Of a stretch of 36,585 nt of DNA, positions 31,148 through 36,585 are shown one piece after another. The notes under the pieces are model-generated. The model was not told the origin of the DNA and did no database searches. It saw only the letters and a program-made list of their open reading frames with translations. The number at the start of each line of letters is the position of its first letter. Within the stretch, counting starts at the first letter, position 1. Location: positions 1 through 36,585 of the forward strand of contig DATDWC010000016.1 in assembly GCA_035289805.1 (NCBI GenBank), written 5' to 3'. Origin of the DNA: Candidatus Peribacterales bacterium. GTDB taxonomy: Bacteria; Patescibacteriota; Gracilibacteria; Peribacterales; Peribacteraceae. Made by a program: the position numbers and the translations under genes.

Positions 31148-33421
31148 ATGAGTGATCTCATTTTCGATGGCCTGAATGCGGAGCAGAAGAGAGCTGTCGA
31201 AACAGTGGATGGTCCTGTGTTGATTCTCGCCGGAGCAGGATCGGGGAAAACTCGTGCGCTCACTCACCGCATTGCGTACTTGATCGAACGGGGTGTGGAG
31301 CCTTGGCAGATTCTCGCAGTCACATTTACGAACAAAGCAGCAAACGAAATGAAGAATCGCATTACGAACCTGCTCAAACTTTCGGATCCAAACCAAAAGC
31401 AGCTACCGGTGATGGGTACGTTCCACTCTGTCTGCGTCCGCATTCTTAGACGCGATATCGAACACATCGGGAGGAACAGGGACTTCGTAATCTACGATAA
31501 GGATGATCAGGAGAGGTTGATGAAGGAAGTTCTCCGGGAGATGAATATTGATGTAAAGGAACTCAAACCCCGTACTGCACTCGCACACATCGGACGCTTT
31601 AAAAATGAGGCTTTGAGTGCTGAGGAAGTATCAGCACAAGCAACCACAGATTGGATGGGGCGTGTGGTGAAGATCTATAACCGCTACCAGGCACTCCTCA
31701 GGCAGCATAATGCGCTCGATTTTGATGATCTGATTCTGGAATCTGTTCGCCTCTTCCGCGAAGTACCTGCTGTTTTGGAGCGTTACCAGAACACCTGGCG
31801 CTATTTGAATGTGGATGAATACCAGGATACAAATCACGCGCAGTACCTTTTGATCTCGCTCCTTGCAGAGAAGCATCGCAACCTCTGTGTGATTGGCGAT
31901 CCGGATCAATCGATCTACGCATTTCGCGGTGCGGATATCCGGAATATCCTGGAGTTCCAGCGCGAATACAAACAGGCAGCATCCATCAAGCTGGAGCGGA
32001 ACTACAGGAGCACGCAGCAGATCCTGGATGCGGCAGATTGCATCATCGCAAAGAACCCCGGTCGCCCGCAGAAGAAAATGTGGACCGAACGAGTCGATGG
32101 CGAAAAGATCATCGTGCAGGAAACAGGGGACGAAAAAGCGGAAGCACGCGAGGCTGTGCAGAGCGTAATGGATAGGATGGCGCACGGCATTCGTCTGAAT
32201 GAGCAGGTGGTGCTATACCGCACGAATGCGCAATCGCGTCTGTTTGAAGAAGCTTGCATGAAAGCGAGTGTCCCCTACCGGATTCTCGGCGGTGTGAAGT
32301 TCTACGCCCGCGCCGAAGTGAAGGATATCGTGGCCTACCTCCATGCGATCCATAACCCTCAAGATGCCTTGGCACTCCTCAGGATTATCAATGTGCCAAG
32401 TCGCAAGATTGGAGAGACAACGATCGCGAAGATTCAAGCATGGTGTTCTGCAGAGCAGATCGATCTCTGGACCGCACTCACACAGATCGATGGTATGCAG
32501 GAAATTCCCGAGCCAACCCGTAACCGCATAGCAGAGTTCGTGGCACTCATTCGAAAATTCCGTGATAAGCGTTCACACATGCATGTCGGCGAGCTTACGA
32601 AGGAGCTCCTCGAAGAAATCAAAATGGAAGCATGGGTGAAGGATGATACAACCGAGGGCGAAAGCCGCTGGCAAAATATCGGTGAGCTCCTCACGGTGAT
32701 GCAGAAGTACCAGGGGCTTACGCCCGAGGAATCGTTCGTGAGTTTCCTGGAGGAAGTTGCCTTGGTTTCGGAAGTGGATAAGTTGGATACCATGCAGAGC
32801 GAGGCTCTGACCCTCATGACTCTCCACCTCTGTAAAGGACTCGAGTTTAAACACGTCATCATCGCAGGGTGCGAGGAAGGAATCTTCCCCCACTCGAATG
32901 CCCTCTTCGATACAGAACAACTCGAGGAGGAGCGCCGCCTCATGTACGTCGGGATGACCCGTGCGAAAGATATCCTCTGCTTACTCTTCGCTCGCAGCCG
33001 CAGCTTGTGGGGTTCGGTGCAGGCAAACGATATGAGCCGGTTCCTGGATGATCTACCGCCGGAGCTCGTGGAGCGGAAGAGTGATGATGTGATGAGTGGA
33101 GTTCTTTGGAAGTTCTCTTCAAGCGAGCCCCGCATCGGAGCGCGGAGCGCGACTGGTGCGGGGCGAGTCGAGAAGCGTTCAAAACTTCAACCGTATCGCC
33201 AGCACGCCGATCTCTCGATCGAGTTCAACCAGGATGCACTCTCGCGGGATGATATGAACCAGGATATCGGCAATGATCTTGCCGAGGGCTCCCGCATCCG
33301 CCATCCCGTCTTTGGTGAGGGTACCGTAACCTCTAAGCGGGGAGATATCGTGGATGTACAGTTTGATTCGGGAGAGAAGAAGAGATTTGCCTTAAGCATT
33401 GCGCCGCTGGAAGTGATGTGA
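31148..33421 (+). CDS. pcrA: ATP-dependent DNA helicase PcrA/UvrD
   Basis: SF1 motifs: GAGSGKTR, TFTNKAANEM, VDEYQDTN, YRST, VLYRTNAQSR, LMTLHLCKGLEF, YVGMTRAK. C-terminal Tudor-like HPVFGEGTV. Confidence 0.9.
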   Translation: MSDLIFDGLNAEQKRAVETVDGPVLILAGAGSGKTRALTHRIAYLIERGVEPWQILAVTFTNKAANEMKNRITNLLKLSDPNQKQLPVMGTFHSVCVRILRRDIEHIGRNRDFVIYDKDDQERLMKEVLREMNIDVKELKPRTALAHIGRFKNEALSAEEVSAQATTDWMGRVVKIYNRYQALLRQHNALDFDDLILESVRLFREVPAVLERYQNTWRYLNVDEYQDTNHAQYLLISLLAEKHRNLCVIGDPDQSIYAFRGADIRNILEFQREYKQAASIKLERNYRSTQQILDAADCIIAKNPGRPQKKMWTERVDGEKIIVQETGDEKAEAREAVQSVMDRMAHGIRLNEQVVLYRTNAQSRLFEEACMKASVPYRILGGVKFYARAEVKDIVAYLHAIHNPQDALALLRIINVPSRKIGETTIAKIQAWCSAEQIDLWTALTQIDGMQEIPEPTRNRIAEFVALIRKFRDKRSHMHVGELTKELLEEIKMEAWVKDDTTEGESRWQNIGELLTVMQKYQGLTPEESFVSFLEEVALVSEVDKLDTMQSEALTLMTLHLCKGLEFKHVIIAGCEEGIFPHSNALFDTEQLEEERRLMYVGMTRAKDILCLLFARSRSLWGSVQANDMSRFLDDLPPELVERKSDDVMSGVLWKFSSSEPRIGARSATGAGRVEKRSKLQPYRQHADLSIEFNQDALSRDDMNQDIGNDLAEGSRIRHPVFGEGTVTSKRGDIVDVQFDSGEKKRFALSIAPLEVM
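33127..33164. repeat. In-frame 38-nt GC-rich palindrome inside pcrA/uvrD
   Basis: Termini GCCCCGCA/TGCGGGGC (8 bp) with an inner GCGC-GGA-GCGC. Confidence 0.5.
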
Positions 33422-33468
33422 TAGAGGAAAAAACAATTGAATAGTAAACTAAGATATTTGCATATTAA

Positions 33469-34566
33469 TCAGAAATGCCTTTTCGAGAGTATCTGATCAT
33501 ATTTATCCGCCATTTCTTGAATAATGGTTTCCATATCTTCAAAGGGGGAACAAGGATCAGTAATAGATTTGCCGAGTTCATAATCCATGCCCGTTTCTAT
33601 TTTTCGCGATCCACCAACAATAAACATTTCTCCCATAAATCCTTTCACAAGATCATGGCCTTCGCGCTGCTCAAGCATATTTTGAAGCACGTGACGAATG
33701 ACGAGTAATTGTCGAGATGGATCCTTCTTCTTCCCATTATCAAAATCTCTACAGTTATCATGACTTGCATCAACCATAATGCTTGGATTTTCAATGACAT
33801 AATCATAGTTATCTTGACCAGTCATCATCCTCGCAGCAGTTTTGATCGATTCTGCATCATAGTTTGGCTTGTCGGGGCTTCCCCGTAGGATGAGGTGCCC
33901 ATGTGAGTTGCCATGGGTCTCCGCCCACTGCCCATCAAGAAAAATATCTTGTGGAGTTTGTACGGCTTCTACTCCATTCACTCCAACTTCGATAGATCCA
34001 TAGGTATCATGTTTTACACCAAAAGGTATTCCACGGGTTCTTGAAGCCATACCTCTGTGCTCCGAGTCTGTCGTACTACGGGCACCCATCCAGAGGTAAC
34101 TAATGTATGGATCGAAAGTTCTTCCATTATGTGTAAAGAGCATTTCATCACCACTTGCAATTCTATCGGAAAGATTTTTCATCATTGCTGCACAGAGTTC
34201 CGTCCCCAAGATGAGATCGGGTGGCTTGAGTGGATCTGGTTGTTTCATCGGTCCTTCCCAATCTTTTTTTCGCAAGCGGGTGCGTGGCTTTTGAATAACC
34301 GTCCGAATAATAATTTTTACTCTCTCATTTACACGCTCTTGTAACCTTGCTGCCTTATCCGCAAAATGCGGCATTGCAGCAAACGGCCAAGCTGAACAAG
34401 GACCAAACAAAGCAAGAAGGCGATGATCTATTCCTTCGATAATTGCCCTCGTCTCCTTCCTATCCTGCGCAATCTTGGAAATATTCGCAGGATACTTTGC
34501 TGCAATTTCCTCGGCAGTGGGGAGTACGCCTTTTATATCTTCGCCGGGACTGTGAATGGTAGTCAT
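33469..34566 (-). CDS. aroG: 3-deoxy-7-phosphoheptulonate (DAHP) synthase, class I (AroF/G/H type)
   Basis: GPCS (metal Cys), KPRT, GARSTTDSEHRGMAS, GVKHDTYG, HLILRGS..PNY, VDASHDN, GEMFIVGG and SITDPC follow the order of the class I-alpha DAHP synthase motifs. Confidence 0.82.
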   Translation of the reverse strand: MTTIHSPGEDIKGVLPTAEEIAAKYPANISKIAQDRKETRAIIEGIDHRLLALFGPCSAWPFAAMPHFADKAARLQERVNERVKIIIRTVIQKPRTRLRKKDWEGPMKQPDPLKPPDLILGTELCAAMMKNLSDRIASGDEMLFTHNGRTFDPYISYLWMGARSTTDSEHRGMASRTRGIPFGVKHDTYGSIEVGVNGVEAVQTPQDIFLDGQWAETHGNSHGHLILRGSPDKPNYDAESIKTAARMMTGQDNYDYVIENPSIMVDASHDNCRDFDNGKKKDPSRQLLVIRHVLQNMLEQREGHDLVKGFMGEMFIVGGSRKIETGMDYELGKSITDPCSPFEDMETIIQEMADKYDQILSKRHF

Positions 34567-34583
34567 GGAGTATTGAAGGAAAT

Positions 34584-34617
34584 TAAAAAATAAACCCTTG
34601 TCCGCTTGGGGAAGGGT
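34584..34617 (-). terminator. Attenuator terminator in the DAHP synthase leader
   Basis: The minus strand reads ACCCTT-CCCCAAGCGGAC-AAGGGT followed by TTATTTTTT, ending 17 nt before the aroG-like ATG. Its 5' arm overlaps the 3' arm of the 56-nt hairpin at 34608-34663. Confidence 0.5.
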
Positions 34618-34638
34618 GCTTGTGGTGTGCGAGATGTC

Positions 34639-34713
34639 TTACAGACGCACGGCACCGTTCCCCGCGCTAAAGGCGAAGAACCAGTAACCGTAACTAAAAG
34701 TCTGCGTGGACAT
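34639..34713 (-). CDS. Aromatic-rich leader peptide (24 aa): MSTQTFSYGYWFFAFSAGNGAVRL
   Basis: ATG at 34713 and TAA at 34639-34641, minus strand. It has 4 Phe, 2 Tyr and 1 Trp within residues 6-15. It sits between a near-consensus promoter and the terminator hairpin. Confidence 0.55.
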   Translation of the reverse strand: MSTQTFSYGYWFFAFSAGNGAVRL

Positions 34714-34721
34714 GCGCGCGT

Positions 34722-34749
34722 ATTGTACTCATCAAGCGGTACATGTCAA
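34722..34749 (-). promoter_or_regulatory. Promoter TTGACA-N16-TACAAT for the leader peptide and DAHP synthase transcript
   Basis: -35 at 34744-34749 and -10 at 34722-34727 on the minus strand. The -10 ends 8 nt before the leader ATG. Confidence 0.5.
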
Positions 34750-34758
34750 ATAGGTCTC

Positions 34759-35289
34759 ATGGGAAATATCGTTTCTATCAGGCAAGCTATGACTATAGAT
34801 ATGGAACCCAAAATCAGACTATCGGCAGATTCATTTGAAGCATTGAAACAGGACGGCAGTCTGCGATGGGAGGTTCAGAGTGCGAATTGGCAGTACATGC
34901 GGTCAGTGCTAGACACTGAGGATACACTGCAGAAAACAGACCAGAATTTACACGATTTGCTTTTGGATATTGGACAGACGGTTGTCGATGACGATTCACC
35001 AGACCCAATGGATGTGACGAAAGCACAAGAATTGCAAAATAAATTTCAAAGATTGGAACTACAGTGTAATCAGATCACAGACCAGATGCGTGCTGCCATG
35101 CGGGAAAAGCTAACCAGTATGTTACCACTGGGATGTGTGGAAAGAATTTCAGAAGATCAACTTGAAACGTTCTTTGATGAGCTTGAAAATGCAACACACG
35201 TACAAATGAGAATCGGTCGAATGTTGGACAGTGGCCTAAAGCAGATAAAAGCAAGATCGGAAGATAGCGATGATTCAGCAAGACAGTAA
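34759..35289 (+). CDS. Hypothetical acidic helical protein (176 aa)
   Basis: I chose ATG 34759 (MGNIVSIRQ). The TTG-initiated extension from 34606 would run antisense through the aro leader. I recognised no family. The local sequence is AT-richer. Confidence 0.45.
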   Translation: MGNIVSIRQAMTIDMEPKIRLSADSFEALKQDGSLRWEVQSANWQYMRSVLDTEDTLQKTDQNLHDLLLDIGQTVVDDDSPDPMDVTKAQELQNKFQRLELQCNQITDQMRAAMREKLTSMLPLGCVERISEDQLETFFDELENATHVQMRIGRMLDSGLKQIKARSEDSDDSARQ

Positions 35290-35349
35290 AAGGAAGATTC
35301 GTTCTTTATCATGTCAACTTTTTGACCGATGTTGTTATGATCCAACCAA

Positions 35350-36171
35350 ATGAGCGATATTGCAGCGTTTCTCCGGAAGAAAGGCCTCCGCCTCAATACC
35401 GATCTCGGCCAGCACTTTCTGCAGGACGAAGGCGTGCTGCGCGCGATTGTTGAAGCAGCGAAGATTGATCCCAGTGATCACATCGTGGAAATCGGCGCAG
35501 GAGTCGGCGTGCTCACCAAGGAACTCACAGGAAGAGCAAAACAGGTGACTGCCGTCGAACTCGACCGGCGGCTGATCGATCTCTTAAAGGAGTACACGGG
35601 AAATCCGCCGAATCTTACGATCGTGGAAGGAAATGCTCTGCAAGTTTCGTTTCCCGAATCTCCCTACAAGATCGTCGCGAATATTCCCTACCACATCACC
35701 TCACCGCTCCTGCGCCATGCATTTCTCCCCGCCCGATCCGAACGATCGGATCGTTCGGGCGGGGAATCTCAGATGCAGCCGAAATCGATGACATTACTCA
35801 TTCAGAGAGAAGTTGCAGAAAAGATCTGTGATCAAAAAGATCATGGCCTCCTCACCATTCTCGTCTCCCTCTTCGGCACTCCAAGAGTAGTCCGCATCGT
35901 TCATCCGGGCGCTTTCATCCCCCCGCCCAAAGTGGATTCCGCCGTGCTCCACATTGATTGCTTCCCCAAACCCAAGGCGGATCCAAAGACGATTGATGAG
36001 CTTTTCGTACTCACGAAGGCGGCATTCAGCCAAAAGCGCAAAATGCTCAGGAATACGATCGGGGAGATGGAGAATGGCATGGATCGTCTGAAGAAAGCAG
36101 ACATTGATGCCATGCGGCGGCCGCAGACCTTGAGTATTGAGGAGTGGATCAAATTGGCACAAATCGCCTAA
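35350..36171 (+). CDS. rsmA: 16S rRNA (adenine1518/1519-N6)-dimethyltransferase
   Basis: LGQHFL, the SAM motif VEIGAGVGVLT, and NIPYHITSPL. It carries an extra segment of about 13 aa after the NIPY helix. Confidence 0.9.
   Translation: MSDIAAFLRKKGLRLNTDLGQHFLQDEGVLRAIVEAAKIDPSDHIVEIGAGVGVLTKELTGRAKQVTAVELDRRLIDLLKEYTGNPPNLTIVEGNALQVSFPESPYKIVANIPYHITSPLLRHAFLPARSERSDRSGGESQMQPKSMTLLIQREVAEKICDQKDHGLLTILVSLFGTPRVVRIVHPGAFIPPPKVDSAVLHIDCFPKPKADPKTIDELFVLTKAAFSQKRKMLRNTIGEMENGMDRLKKADIDAMRRPQTLSIEEWIKLAQIA
35727..35764. repeat. In-frame 38-nt GC-rich palindrome inside rsmA
   Basis: CCCCGCCC-GATCC-GAACGAT-CGG-ATCGTTC-GGGCGGGG. It has an 8-bp and a 7-bp stem. Confidence 0.6.
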
Positions 36172-36228
36172 TCTGACCCCTGTTTTTCTTGACCATACCC
36201 CTCCCCTCCCTTACCCTTCCTTCGCCCT

Positions 36229-36585
36229 ATGGCACACATCACGCTCAAAGCATCACCACGCGATATCGCGAAGAAAGCAAAAGTCACCCGCAGGGAGGGC
36301 TTGATCACGGGGACGGTGTATGGACCCAAAATGAAGAATGAGGATCTCACATTTATCTATCAGGAATTCCACAAGGTATACGTGGCCGCAGGAGAGAGCA
36401 CGATTGTAGAGCTCGAGACTAACGGGAAGAAAGTGCCAGTGCTGATCCACGAATTGCAGTTTGATCCAATGACAGGGAACTACACACATATCGATCTCTT
36501 CGCTCTCGATATGACAAAAGAGGTCACAACCAACGTGCCGCTCCGATTTGTAGGAGAGGCACCCGGTGTGAAAGAGGGCGGAGTG
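36229..36585 (+). CDS. rplY: 50S ribosomal protein L25/Ctc, 3'-truncated by the window edge
   Basis: From ATG 36229: MAHITLKASPRDIAKKAKVTRREGLITGTVYGP...IHELQFDPMTGNYTHIDLFALDM...PLRFVGEAPGVKEGGV. The frame is open to the end of the window. It is not in the ORF track. Confidence 0.85.
   Translation, partial: MAHITLKASPRDIAKKAKVTRREGLITGTVYGPKMKNEDLTFIYQEFHKVYVAAGESTIVELETNGKKVPVLIHELQFDPMTGNYTHIDLFALDMTKEVTTNVPLRFVGEAPGVKEGGV

Noticed and set aside
34606-34758. A TTG-initiated N-terminal extension of the acidic orphan protein (ORF 34606..35289).
   Set aside because: The extension runs antisense through the promoter, leader peptide and attenuator hairpins. It has an atypical Gly/Arg/Thr-rich sequence. 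The internal ATG at 34759 is the more plausible start.
1-36585. Alternative genetic code (UGA recoding) or a mobile genetic element spanning the window.
   Set aside because: The conserved genes are intact with TGA, TAA and TAG all used as stops. I saw no integrase, transposase, recombinase, phage or conjugation genes.

Overview
The window is a 36.6 kb chromosomal segment with about 50% GC by eye. It is densely packed with housekeeping genes of a bacterium that uses the standard genetic code. Most starts lack a Shine-Dalgarno sequence, and the three tRNA genes encode their CCA ends. I saw no rRNA, CRISPR array, transposase, integrase or prophage genes.

Gene content, in order:
- a 5'-truncated LCP (LytR-CpsA-Psr) gene and a polytopic membrane protein
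- an SOS-type module: lexA, a UmuC/DinB-like Y-family polymerase, and an atypical uvrC
- a YtxH-like protein and pnp
- an orphan three-gene cassette: two distant paralogs flanking a 35-aa membrane peptide that the ORF track misses
- a fused PabA-PabB/TrpG-TrpE-type chorismate aminase preceded by a TrpR-like YerC/YecD gene
- rpsO and murI
- a RelA-like RSH, a short trigger factor, and a Trx-CcdA fusion
- tRNA-Leu(UAA), a lipoprotein, and tRNA-Gly(GCC)
- an ABC-F ATPase and a MASE1-PAS-HisKA sensor with no ATPase domain
- a second RSH, a SET-domain protein, tRNA-Gly(CCC), and a secreted orphan
- trpS and rplJ-rplL
- a VIT1 and a divergent NRAMP-like transporter
- pcrA/uvrD, a class-I DAHP synthase, an acidic orphan, rsmA/ksgA, and the 5' part of rplY (L25/Ctc)

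Most notable observations:
1. A 24-codon leader ORF lies upstream of the DAHP synthase gene. It has 7 Phe/Tyr/Trp codons among 10 consecutive codons. A near-consensus promoter precedes it, and mutually exclusive antiterminator and terminator hairpins follow it. This looks like an aromatic-amino-acid attenuator, and it sits in an AT-richer island.
2. Short GC-rich palindromes sit in frame inside conserved genes (uvrC, rsmA, pcrA, the Y-family polymerase), where they encode extra peptide segments.
3. uvrC carries an insertion of about 160 aa that looks GNAT-like inside its endonuclease domain, and it lacks the C-terminal (HhH)2 domain.
4. REP-like C-rich/G-rich palindromic elements recur in intergenic regions, and a conserved trailer motif follows all three tRNA genes.
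5. Many -10 hexamers lie only 6-11 nt upstream of start codons, which suggests leaderless mRNAs.

All structural and similarity statements come from reading the sequence by eye. No searches or folding calculations were run.
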